Shown piece by piece: positions 16,922 to 25,602 of a DNA stretch of 33,482 nucleotides (position 1 is the first letter of the stretch; every line of letters begins with the position of its first letter). Source of the stretch: Candidatus Omnitrophota bacterium (lineage in GTDB: Bacteria; Omnitrophota; Gorgyraeia; Zapsychrales; Fredricksoniimonadaceae); NCBI GenBank assembly GCA_043798045.1, contig JAZDPD010000112.1, positions 1 to 33,482 on the forward strand. The letters are read 5' to 3'. Position numbers and translations under genes: made by a program. The notes under the pieces are model-generated. The model made no database searches. It was not told the origin of the DNA and saw nothing but the letters and a program-made list of their open reading frames with translations.

Positions 16922-16929
16922 GGGGGGGG
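16922..16929 (+). repeat. G8 homopolymer tract within the ribosome-binding region of the 16936 radical SAM gene
   Basis: taacGGGGGGGGtgggatATG; the tract ends 6 nt before ATG 16936. Confidence 0.9.
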
Positions 16930-16935
16930 TGGGAT

Positions 16936-18729
16936 ATGTGGGGTGGGATAATTTCATATTTTGCTTCTTGGCTGGTGAAGCACTTGCAACGGCAGATGGC
17001 GTTGACGTGGATCCTGATCAAGGCTGTCCGTGCGAAGGCGATGTCCCGTGATGTGATCTTTCGTTGTTATGGCCAGCATGCGTATTTGCACATTCTTTCA
17101 TCGCAAAAGAATGATTTTGAATTATTTGTTCTGGCCATCGAGATCAACAAAATGGTCGGCAACAAGATCGGGTTTGTCATTAAGATCGACAGGGTCAATT
17201 TTTGTTACTTGGAAGAAGTGCTCAATTTTTGCCTTGGTGCTATCGGCGCGAAGTTGATGAATGTCAAGAGGCCCGACGCGGATGAGGCGAAGAGTTTGTT
17301 TGAGCGGTATGAAGGCCTTGTGGCAGGGTTGAACAAGGAGCTGTTGCCGCTCAAGGTGAGTTTCATTTTTGATGATAAAGACCGGCCTGTCTTGAAGCGG
17401 GTGTTGGATTCATTTGAAAACATAGGAAAGAAGTCGCCCGAGTTCGTGAATGACCTTTCTGCAGTGTTTCATCTTTTGGATGCCATCAAAGAGCAGAGGC
17501 ATTCCGCACCGACCACAAACCGGTATTTCAGCTTGTTGTCTGAAGAGCTTATCCTGGGCCCGCGGCAGGTGGTTTTGGACCTGTATCATAAATGCAATAC
17601 AGATTGTGTTCATTGCTGGATCCACAGTCCGACAGCCCGGAAGGTGCTGACCAAGGAGTTTGCTTCTCAGATGATGGATTATGATGTCGTCAAGAAGATC
17701 ATTGATGATTGTTTCAGCCTGGGCGTTGATACCATCACGCTTTTGGGGGATGGTGAGCCGATCCTGCACCCTGATTTTGTCCGCATCGTTAAATATATCA
17801 AGAAAAAGAATCCCTATATGGATGCGTTGACTTTTTCCAATGGCTTGGCATTGACGCCCAGGGTTAGTCAGGAGCTTGTTAAATCCGGGCTCAATGAGAT
17901 TTGGTTCAGTGTCCCGGCCGCCAGCCCCGAGGTTTATCAAAAGATATGCCCTTCCAAGAAGGCGAGGGATTTTGAACGCATAAAAAAGAATATTCACTAT
18001 TTATGCCGTTTGAAGAATAAGGTCAGGGATCTGGTGCAAAAGTTTGACCTTTCAGAAAAGAATGCGATCATTGCGCGAGGCGCCAGGGTAAAAACGTTTC
18101 CGATGCATTGTGTCATCACGTTTGTTTTGCATAATCTCAATTATCATGAAATCCTGGACATGGCCAATATGGCGGTTGAGCTGGGTGTGGACGAGATGCG
18201 TTTTCAACTGATACATTTGGACAGGGATAACAAATGGCTTCAATTGGATCAGGCGCAGGTTGATTTCCTGAACAGCAAGCTGCAGGAGGTGAGGGCTGTT
18301 GCTGAAAAGGGCCGTGTGATGCTGGGCCTGGCACTGGAGTTTCAGCTTTCGCATATGCATGCGCCCACAGGTGACTGGAGCCGGGGATACTATTTACAGC
18401 ATGGATGTCCTATCGGCTTTTTCTTTTCCATCATCAAGGCTAATGGCGATGTAGGTTTGTGCTGCAGCCTGAAGGTTGTTGATAACGTTCATAACAAAAG
18501 TTTTAAGGAGATATGGCTATCGCAGCGTTACCATCAGGCCAGGGTGGGGGCCAAACATCTTCGGGATAATAAAGATCAGCTTTTCCAGTCAACCACATAC
18601 CATAAGAATGAGGCAAGGGGGGATTATCTGTATTCGGAAAGGTGTGAGCTTTGTGATAATCATGATATGAACAATGAGGTGATCCAGTGCTTGTCCCGCA
18701 TCAAGCTGGCAGATCCGTTTATGAAGTAA
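16936..18729 (+). CDS. radical SAM protein with SPASM/twitch-like C-terminal Cys motifs and an uncharacterised ~200-aa N-terminal domain (paralog 1)
   Basis: CxxxCxxC motif YHKCNTDCVHCW (17593-17616, first Cys is residue 220). LLGDGEPILHPD forms the SAM-binding GGE-like strand. C-terminal motifs are GCPIGFFFSIIKANGDVGLCC (G-x4-C) and ERCELCDNHD (18406-18654). It is homologous to the C-terminal half of the 14092 protein and to the 25599 protein. Confidence 0.85.
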   Translation: MWGGIISYFASWLVKHLQRQMALTWILIKAVRAKAMSRDVIFRCYGQHAYLHILSSQKNDFELFVLAIEINKMVGNKIGFVIKIDRVNFCYLEEVLNFCLGAIGAKLMNVKRPDADEAKSLFERYEGLVAGLNKELLPLKVSFIFDDKDRPVLKRVLDSFENIGKKSPEFVNDLSAVFHLLDAIKEQRHSAPTTNRYFSLLSEELILGPRQVVLDLYHKCNTDCVHCWIHSPTARKVLTKEFASQMMDYDVVKKIIDDCFSLGVDTITLLGDGEPILHPDFVRIVKYIKKKNPYMDALTFSNGLALTPRVSQELVKSGLNEIWFSVPAASPEVYQKICPSKKARDFERIKKNIHYLCRLKNKVRDLVQKFDLSEKNAIIARGARVKTFPMHCVITFVLHNLNYHEILDMANMAVELGVDEMRFQLIHLDRDNKWLQLDQAQVDFLNSKLQEVRAVAEKGRVMLGLALEFQLSHMHAPTGDWSRGYYLQHGCPIGFFFSIIKANGDVGLCCSLKVVDNVHNKSFKEIWLSQRYHQARVGAKHLRDNKDQLFQSTTYHKNEARGDYLYSERCELCDNHDMNNEVIQCLSRIKLADPFMK

Positions 18730-18833
18730 AGGGATGGTGTATTGCCGCCTGAGGGATGTCGCACATTGTGTGTTTCAAGAAATAATGGTATGTCCGTGTC
18801 GGGACAGGGTTGTGTCGATTGGAAAGGAAGAGG

Positions 18834-20162
18834 ATGGTCCTTAAGCGCATGAACCGGATTTTTGTATTCTTCATTGGCATCATCATGGCGCTGTTGTTTT
18901 TGGAAACAGGGTTAAGGGTTGGAAGCCTTGTTTATATGTGGCGCCAAGACTCCCTGTCTTCTTCCGTTGCCACGGGTCAGGGGCAAAAATATGTCGTCTT
19001 GTGTTTGGGGAATTCATATACCAAGGGCGACGGGGCCCCGTTGTCCATGAGCTATCCGGCCCAGTTGCAAATTATTTTTGATGAAAAGATGCCTCAACGA
19101 AATATTAAGGTTATTAACAAGGGGCGGGGCGGGCAGAATACATCAGAACTGCTGGATGATTTGATTGTTAATCTTGAAAAATTCAAACCAGATCTTGTTG
19201 TTCTTCAGACGGGGCAGGCTAACCTGTGGAATTACTTACAGTATACGAAATATTTAGGAAAAAATGACAAGCACATGACGTTGTTGCGGCGATGGGCGTA
19301 TTTTGGGAGCGAATGTTTGCATGCCAGCCGAGTTTACAGGCTGTGGTTGTTGTTGGGCGAAAACTTGAAACAAATGAAAGATGGGGACGGCGGGGTTTTA
19401 ACAGAAAATGCTGATGGGTACCGGATTAGTCGTGCATATTTGGAAGCGGTGGATTTTATCAGAGAGATGAACACCGCTTTTTCTAACAGGGTGCCGGTTG
19501 TTCTGGATGAGGCCAGGGTGGCACAGGTGTTGTCTGTGTTGATGGGCGCGATTAAAACAGATCCGGGATATTCGGATAATTATGTACTTGTCGGGCATAT
19601 CTATCGTTTTCAGGAGAAGTATGAAGAAGCGCTGCGGTGGTTTATGGCGTCAGTAGATGTTGATATCAGGGGGCGTCGCGGGGAAGATCTTCATCGTGGG
19701 TATCGTGAAATACGGAATATGCGCAAAATGGACAAAGGGCCGGGACAGGAGCGGCTTAACAGGAAGATAGATGATTATATCAGGCAGTTTAATGCGGTGC
19801 ATCCTGAGGCAGCCGTTAACCTGTATATTTTAAGTGACGCGCAGATTGAGCAGTGGGTTGAGGCCGATATAAATGAGATGGTCCGGATCATCCGGGGGCA
19901 TGGGGCTGCTTTGATCCTGCAGGATTATCCCATTGATACCCCCTCGAATGAAATCCTGAAAAGAATTGCCGAAGAATGGCATGTGCCGCTTGTGAATAAC
20001 AGGGAGGTTTTTCAGGAAAAAATGAAAGCCGGCATGGTTTTTAAGGATTTGTATAGTGTCGATGGTCATTGCAATGCCAGGGGTTATGGTGTGATGGCGG
20101 AAAATGTATATAACAAGATTGTTGAAACGGTTTTTGATCCCTCAAGATTGGCAATCGAATAA
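18834..20162 (+). CDS. membrane-anchored SGNH-like hydrolase with helical/TPR-like insert (family B, copy 1)
   Basis: The track start is TTG 18810. ATG 18834 follows AAGGAAG, and ATG 18849 would match the paralog N-termini (MNRIFVFF...LLFLETGLR). Blocks: VVLCLGNSYTKG (I), NKGRGGQNT (II), LQTGQANLWN (III) and SVDGHCNARGYGVMAEN (V-like). A TPR-like segment reads DPGYSDNYVLVGHIYRFQEKYEEALRWF. Confidence 0.75.
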   Translation: MVLKRMNRIFVFFIGIIMALLFLETGLRVGSLVYMWRQDSLSSSVATGQGQKYVVLCLGNSYTKGDGAPLSMSYPAQLQIIFDEKMPQRNIKVINKGRGGQNTSELLDDLIVNLEKFKPDLVVLQTGQANLWNYLQYTKYLGKNDKHMTLLRRWAYFGSECLHASRVYRLWLLLGENLKQMKDGDGGVLTENADGYRISRAYLEAVDFIREMNTAFSNRVPVVLDEARVAQVLSVLMGAIKTDPGYSDNYVLVGHIYRFQEKYEEALRWFMASVDVDIRGRRGEDLHRGYREIRNMRKMDKGPGQERLNRKIDDYIRQFNAVHPEAAVNLYILSDAQIEQWVEADINEMVRIIRGHGAALILQDYPIDTPSNEILKRIAEEWHVPLVNNREVFQEKMKAGMVFKDLYSVDGHCNARGYGVMAENVYNKIVETVFDPSRLAIE

Positions 20163-20176
20163 AAATTGATGGTCGG

Positions 20177-21604
20177 ATGCAAATGAAAAAGTATAAATTT
20201 GTTATATTGGGCGCGGGTCTTAATGGACTGTCTGTTGCGTATGAATTGTCTAAAGAGCATCCGGGAGAAGTCTGTGTTCTGGAGAAAGAGGGCCAGGTTG
20301 GCGGGATGGCCAAAACCATCGTGCGCCAGGACCGTTGTTATGATTTGGGTTCGCACCGCATTCATGCCCAGGTTTCCAGAGAGATTTTTCAATATCTTGA
20401 AGAATTTGTCGGTGAAGATTTGATTTCCAACGTGCGTGGCGGAAGGCTGAGGATCAAGGATAAATATATTGAATATCCGATTAAGCCGGCTCAGTTCTTT
20501 ACGACGATCGGTCTCAGGAATCTTGGCAGTTTTATTTTTTCGTTGATTTATAACAGGTGCCGTGGTTTGTTGGCCGCAGGGCGTCCGGATCAGGGGAATA
20601 CATACGAGGGGTATTTAAGAAAACAGGTTGGCGACAGGGTTTACGGGCTGTTTTATGAGCCGTATGCCAAGAAGATTTTTGGTCTCCCCCCGGCTGAGAT
20701 TTCGATCACGGCGGTCAAGAAGAGGATGTCTTTATTGAGTCCGTTTGGTTTTGTGAAAAACATGCTTGTGCGGCATTTTGTCGGGGCAAAACCGGACCGT
20801 TATTATTATTTTAAAAATGGCATCGGAGAGCTGGCGCAGGAGTTGGAGTGCCGGTTGGCCGATCGTCATGTGGATATTTTTAAAGGAGTTCGCGAGTTTG
20901 TTCTAAATGGCGACAAGGATATTAAGGAAATCAGGTGGCTGTCCCTGGATGGGCGTCAAGAGGTGATCCGGTATGAGAAGCTGGTATCGACTATCCCTGT
21001 GGATGTGTTGTGCCAGAAACTCGCGTTTAAAGGTTGTGTGGATCAGAATATGTGGCGTGGATTAAGGCTTGTTTTTCTGCACATCAACCAGGCACCGGCC
21101 TTAAGTGGTGAAACGTTTTATTTTCCCGAGTTGAAGTATCCGTTTGGAAGGGTTTCCATTCCGCAGCGGTTTTTTGTTGGCATGCAGCCGGCTCATGGGG
21201 ATGTAAGTTATGTGTGTGAGGTTCCCTGTACGCAGGGTGATGCGTTGTGGCAGATGGATGATCAGGCCCTTGGCCGCATGTGCCATCAGGGTTTGATTGA
21301 GGCCAATCTTGTTACAGGCAGCAGCCGCATGAATGAAGGGCTGAATTTTACGCTCAAGATTCCTGAGGTATATTCAGTTTATTTCCTTGGTTGGGAGGAG
21401 CGCATGCAACAGATGGTGGATTTCCTTGACCAGCAGTATGCGGATATTTATACTTGCGGCAGATTGGGTTTGTTTTTACATTGCAACATCGATCATGCCA
21501 TTGAAATGGGGCAGCAATTGGCCGCAGGGTTGTTGCGCGGCATGACATCCCGGGAATGGCATGCGCGCAGGCATCTGTTTCATGAAATGAAGGTGAGGGA
21601 CTGA
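20177..21604 (+). CDS. FAD-dependent oxidoreductase, amine-oxidase / UDP-galactopyranose-mutase-like fold (paralog 2)
   Basis: KFVILGAGLNGLSVAYELS (GxGxxG), LEKEGQVGGM, and the C-terminal CGRLGLFLHCNIDHAIE. The overall layout matches the 1202 gene. Confidence 0.75.
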   Translation: MQMKKYKFVILGAGLNGLSVAYELSKEHPGEVCVLEKEGQVGGMAKTIVRQDRCYDLGSHRIHAQVSREIFQYLEEFVGEDLISNVRGGRLRIKDKYIEYPIKPAQFFTTIGLRNLGSFIFSLIYNRCRGLLAAGRPDQGNTYEGYLRKQVGDRVYGLFYEPYAKKIFGLPPAEISITAVKKRMSLLSPFGFVKNMLVRHFVGAKPDRYYYFKNGIGELAQELECRLADRHVDIFKGVREFVLNGDKDIKEIRWLSLDGRQEVIRYEKLVSTIPVDVLCQKLAFKGCVDQNMWRGLRLVFLHINQAPALSGETFYFPELKYPFGRVSIPQRFFVGMQPAHGDVSYVCEVPCTQGDALWQMDDQALGRMCHQGLIEANLVTGSSRMNEGLNFTLKIPEVYSVYFLGWEERMQQMVDFLDQQYADIYTCGRLGLFLHCNIDHAIEMGQQLAAGLLRGMTSREWHARRHLFHEMKVRD

Positions 21605-21656
21605 TGTCGGTTTGTTCTATTTTGTTGTGGCGAGCAACGGGAGCCCGGATTGCTGC

Positions 21657-22946
21657 ATGAAAAAATGTCTTGTTTTTTTAACGGGGATCATGGCGGCCCT
21701 GCTTTTTTTGGAGGCAGGCCTTAGCATCGGCGGGTATGGTTATCGCCTAAAATCCGTTGTATGGTCAGATGGGGCTGCACTTGGGCCGCGAGGGGATTTT
21801 GTTGTTTTATGTTTGGGGAATTCGTATACCAAAGGTGTCGGGGCAAGGCCGGGAATGGGGTATCCTGAGCAGTTGCAGCGTTTGCTGGATACGCGCTTGC
21901 CTGATCGGCACATGCGTGTGATTAACAAAGGCAAGGAGATTCAGAATACGGCGGAGTTGCTGGTTGATCTGAGGCCTTTATTGGAACGTATCAGGCCGGA
22001 TTTGATTATTCTTCAGACGGGACAGCCTAATGCCTGGAATTTTATGGGGCATATGAATTATTTAAGAAGAAATGAGAAGGTCGGGTCGCGTTGGCAGCAG
22101 GCCGTGGACTATCTTAAAGATTGTTTGTATGCCAGCCATGTTTATAGATTTGTTGTGTTGCTTCGGGAGAATATCAGGCAGAAAAATGAGAAGATCGTGG
22201 ATGGGGGTATTCCGGGAGGGCTTGATCCTCAAAGCAGCCCGGCGTATGTGAATGCAGAGGAATTTATCCGGGTTTCTTATGATGCCCTGTTTCGCATGGA
22301 GCCGGTTGTTATGGATGAAAAGAAAATCCGGGAAGTTAGTTTGGTTTTTATGGACGCACTCAAGAAAGATCCGTCGAATCCGTATCATTATGTGTATATG
22401 GGGGATGTTTGCCGGTTTCAGAACAGGTTTGAGGAAGCGTCGATGTGGTATATGAAATCGTTGAGTGTTGATGCCAGGACGTCGGGGGCACGGCATTTTC
22501 AGGGGGGATGGTACAGGCTTCGAGATTTGAGTAAAATGGGCAAGGGACCTCATGATGAGGCGATTAACCGGAAGATGGATGTTTTTATCAAACGGTTTGA
22601 TCGGGATTATCCGCAGCAGGCATTGAATTTCCTGTTTTTGAATGACCGTGAAATCAAAGAGTGGATGGCATCAGAAATGAACGAAATTGTCAGGATTATT
22701 CAGCAGATGAAAATTCGTTTGGTGTTGCAGAACTATCCGGTTGATACGCCGGCGAATTCGATCATGGAGGCCGTGGCCGTAAAGAAACGAATACCGTTCA
22801 TTGACAACAAGGCTGTTTTTGACGAGAAGCTGCGTTCGGGGATGCCGCGTGAAGCACTGTTTGTTCCAGATGGCCATTGTAATGAGGCCGGTTATGCGGT
22901 GATGGCGGAAAATGTTTATAGGAAAATCGTGGAAGAAAAGTTTTAG
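21657..22946 (+). CDS. membrane-anchored SGNH-like hydrolase with helical/TPR-like insert (family B, copy 2)
   Basis: The track start is TTG 21612. ATG 21657 gives MKKCLVFLTGIMAALLFLEAGL, matching the paralog N-termini. Blocks: VVLCLGNSYTKG, NKGKEIQNT, LQTGQPNAWN, VPDGHCNEAGYAVMAEN. Confidence 0.75.
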   Translation: MKKCLVFLTGIMAALLFLEAGLSIGGYGYRLKSVVWSDGAALGPRGDFVVLCLGNSYTKGVGARPGMGYPEQLQRLLDTRLPDRHMRVINKGKEIQNTAELLVDLRPLLERIRPDLIILQTGQPNAWNFMGHMNYLRRNEKVGSRWQQAVDYLKDCLYASHVYRFVVLLRENIRQKNEKIVDGGIPGGLDPQSSPAYVNAEEFIRVSYDALFRMEPVVMDEKKIREVSLVFMDALKKDPSNPYHYVYMGDVCRFQNRFEEASMWYMKSLSVDARTSGARHFQGGWYRLRDLSKMGKGPHDEAINRKMDVFIKRFDRDYPQQALNFLFLNDREIKEWMASEMNEIVRIIQQMKIRLVLQNYPVDTPANSIMEAVAVKKRIPFIDNKAVFDEKLRSGMPREALFVPDGHCNEAGYAVMAENVYRKIVEEKF

Positions 22947-22954
22947 GCGGGCAT

Positions 22955-24241
22955 ATGAAAAGAGTTGTTGTTTTTCTAATGGGTGTTGTTGTCGCCCTTC
23001 TTTTTCTGGAGGTTGGCTTAAGGGTTGGGAGCCTGATGGCTCAAATAACCGCGAAAGTTGTCTCCGGAAAGGTGTTGATGAATCCCGGGAAGACATTTGT
23101 CATATTGTGTTTGGGGAATTCGTATACCAAGGGCGTTGGCGCATCACCGGGAATGGGGTATCCTGAGCAGTTGCAGCGTTTGTTTGTTCGGCGTATGCCG
23201 CAGAAGAATGTTGTTGTTATTAATGAAGGCGTGTGTGTGCAGAATACGGCGGAATTGCTGGCGGCGTTGCCATTTAATCTTGAGAAATTTAAGCCTGATC
23301 TTGTTGTTCTTCGGACGGGGCAGCCGAATCAATGGAATTATTTCAAGTATGCAGATTATTTGAAAAGAAGGGCGGGACAGGATGGGTGGGTAAGCCGGTT
23401 GAGATTCTTTGTCATTGATTTACTGAGCAAGAGCCGTGTTTATCGGCTGATGTTGTTGGTGTGCGATCATCTCGGCCAGAAGAATGCTGGAAATCTGACG
23501 GGTGTGTTGAATTCGAGTGAGGCATATCAGAAAGAGTCGGAGTATTTAAAGATGGTGGAGTTTGTCGTAGAGTTGAATTCCCCGTATTTGAAGAAAAAGA
23601 CGGCTGTAGATCCGCTTCGGTTGGAAAGGGCGCGTGATGTGTTGATGCGGGCGATAAGGAAAGATCCGGCCCAGTCAGTTAATTATGTTTATTTGGGAAA
23701 TATAGCCCAGTTTGAAGGGAAATATGAAGAAGCGGCCAAATGGTTTATGAAATCAGTGACGGCAGATGTTCGGGTAAGGAATGGTGAGGATATCCATCAG
23801 GGGTATAAGGCACTGCGCGACATTAGAAATATAGATAAGGGAGTTCACGATGACAGGATTAATCAGGAAATAGATGTTTATATCGATCGTTTTCGACGGG
23901 TATATCCTGAGGAGTCGCGGCAGTTTTATTATTTGAGCCGTCATGAGGTTGATGTCTGGGTGGAGGCGGATGTGCGTAAGATTATTGATGTACTCCAACA
24001 GCATCATGTTCGTCTCCTTGTACAGGATTATCCTGTTAAGAGTTTTGCCAATGGGATTTTAAAAAGGATTGCGGAGGAAAAAAGGCTGCCGATGGTGTCT
24101 AACGAAGAAATTTTTGAAGAAATCCTCAAGGGGGGCGTTGCGTGGCAGGATCTGTTTGTTTCTGATGGGCATTGTAACGACAGAGGGTATGGCATCATGG
24201 CGGAAAATGTTTTCAGGAAAATTGTTGAGGAGAAGTTTTAG
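22955..24241 (+). CDS. membrane-anchored SGNH-like hydrolase with helical/TPR-like insert (family B, copy 3)
   Basis: MKRVVVFLMGVVVALLFLEVGLR, then VILCLGNSYTKG, NEGVCVQNT, LRTGQPNQWN and VSDGHCNDRGYGIMAEN. It shares a 36-nt identical stretch with copy 2 (23147-23182 versus 21849-21884). Confidence 0.78.
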   Translation: MKRVVVFLMGVVVALLFLEVGLRVGSLMAQITAKVVSGKVLMNPGKTFVILCLGNSYTKGVGASPGMGYPEQLQRLFVRRMPQKNVVVINEGVCVQNTAELLAALPFNLEKFKPDLVVLRTGQPNQWNYFKYADYLKRRAGQDGWVSRLRFFVIDLLSKSRVYRLMLLVCDHLGQKNAGNLTGVLNSSEAYQKESEYLKMVEFVVELNSPYLKKKTAVDPLRLERARDVLMRAIRKDPAQSVNYVYLGNIAQFEGKYEEAAKWFMKSVTADVRVRNGEDIHQGYKALRDIRNIDKGVHDDRINQEIDVYIDRFRRVYPEESRQFYYLSRHEVDVWVEADVRKIIDVLQQHHVRLLVQDYPVKSFANGILKRIAEEKRLPMVSNEEIFEEILKGGVAWQDLFVSDGHCNDRGYGIMAENVFRKIVEEKF

Positions 24242-24288
24242 GTTTAAACGTGTGGGTATGGATTGTTAATGGCGGCTGAGGGTTGTTA

Positions 24289-25602
24289 ATGAAAAGAATC
24301 GTTGTTTTTATGGCGGGGCTGATGGTGGCACTCCTTTTTTTAGAGGCTGGCCTAAGGGTGGAAGGCTATGTATATGGGGCAAAGAAGACTAAGGCTGTCG
24401 GCAGCAGCGCTATGTTGCCGCCGGGAGAGCATCCATATGTCATTTTGTGCCTGGGTAATTCCTATACGAAGGGCATCGGATCATCTCCAGGAATGAGTTA
24501 CCCTGAGCAGTTGCAGCGGTTATTTGATGCACACAGACCAAAGGAAAATATTGTTGTCATCAATAAAGGCCGGTGCGTGCAGAATACGGCAGAATTGCTG
24601 GATTCCCTGGAATCTGATTTGAAGCAATTTGAGCCTGATTTGATTCTTCTTCAGATTGGGCAGTCAAATGTCTGGAATTTTATAAAATATACAGATTATT
24701 TGAAAAGAAAGATCAAGAAAAATTCCTGGGTGAGACAGGTGAGGTATGCGGCGTATGATTTTTTGTATGCAAGTCGTGTTTTCAGGCTTGGGCTTTTGTT
24801 GGCGGATAATATCAGGCAAAAAGACAGGCGGCCTGTCCGCGGACGTTTGGTTTCGGCTGATCATCGTTACCGGTCGGATGACGCTTATCGGCAGGCAACA
24901 AAATTTATCAGAAAAACAGCCATCGACCTTTCCATGGATCCGTCCACAAAGGTTGACGTACAGCAGTGTCAGGCAGCGCTGAAGGTTTTGATGAGTGTGG
25001 TGAGCATGGACCCTGGGCATCCATCCAATTATGTTTTTATCGGGTACATTTACCGTTTTCAAAAGGATTATGAAGAGGCATTGAAGTGGTTTATCAAGGG
25101 GGTTGGCGTCGATCCTGAATTCAGGACTTTTGACGAGATCAATGAAGGGTATAAAGAAATCAGGGATATGAGAAGCGAGGATAAAGGGCTGGCCAATGAT
25201 GCTCTTAATAAGAAGATCGATGATTTTATTCAGGTATTTGAACGGGACCATCCGCAGCAGGCTGTTAATTTTTCTATTTTAAGCAAGGATGAGATTCTTG
25301 CATGGGTTGAATCGGATATTTTGGAAATCGTGCGTGTGATTCAACAGCATCATGTGGCGCTTGTTGTTCAGGATTATCCCTTGGCCATACCGGAAAATGA
25401 GGTGATCATGAGGGTTGTGATGGAAAATAATTTACAGTTTCTTGATTACATCAAGATCTTTCAGGATAAGATAAGCGGTGGTTTGAAGCGTGAAGATTTG
25501 TTTGTTCCTGACGGGCATTGCAATGATCGGGGGTATGGGTTGATGGCCGAAAGCCTTTATCGCAAGATCATCTCGGCGGGGTTTATAACGGGAGAGAAAT
25601 GA
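24289..25602 (+). CDS. membrane-anchored SGNH-like hydrolase with helical/TPR-like insert (family B, copy 4)
   Basis: GAGGG lies 6 nt before ATG 24289; the track start is TTG 24283. MKRIVVFMAGLMVALLFLEAGLR, then VILCLGNSYTKG, NKGRCVQNT, LQIGQSNVWN and VPDGHCNDRGYGLMAES. Confidence 0.78.
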   Translation: MKRIVVFMAGLMVALLFLEAGLRVEGYVYGAKKTKAVGSSAMLPPGEHPYVILCLGNSYTKGIGSSPGMSYPEQLQRLFDAHRPKENIVVINKGRCVQNTAELLDSLESDLKQFEPDLILLQIGQSNVWNFIKYTDYLKRKIKKNSWVRQVRYAAYDFLYASRVFRLGLLLADNIRQKDRRPVRGRLVSADHRYRSDDAYRQATKFIRKTAIDLSMDPSTKVDVQQCQAALKVLMSVVSMDPGHPSNYVFIGYIYRFQKDYEEALKWFIKGVGVDPEFRTFDEINEGYKEIRDMRSEDKGLANDALNKKIDDFIQVFERDHPQQAVNFSILSKDEILAWVESDILEIVRVIQQHHVALVVQDYPLAIPENEVIMRVVMENNLQFLDYIKIFQDKISGGLKREDLFVPDGHCNDRGYGLMAESLYRKIISAGFITGEK

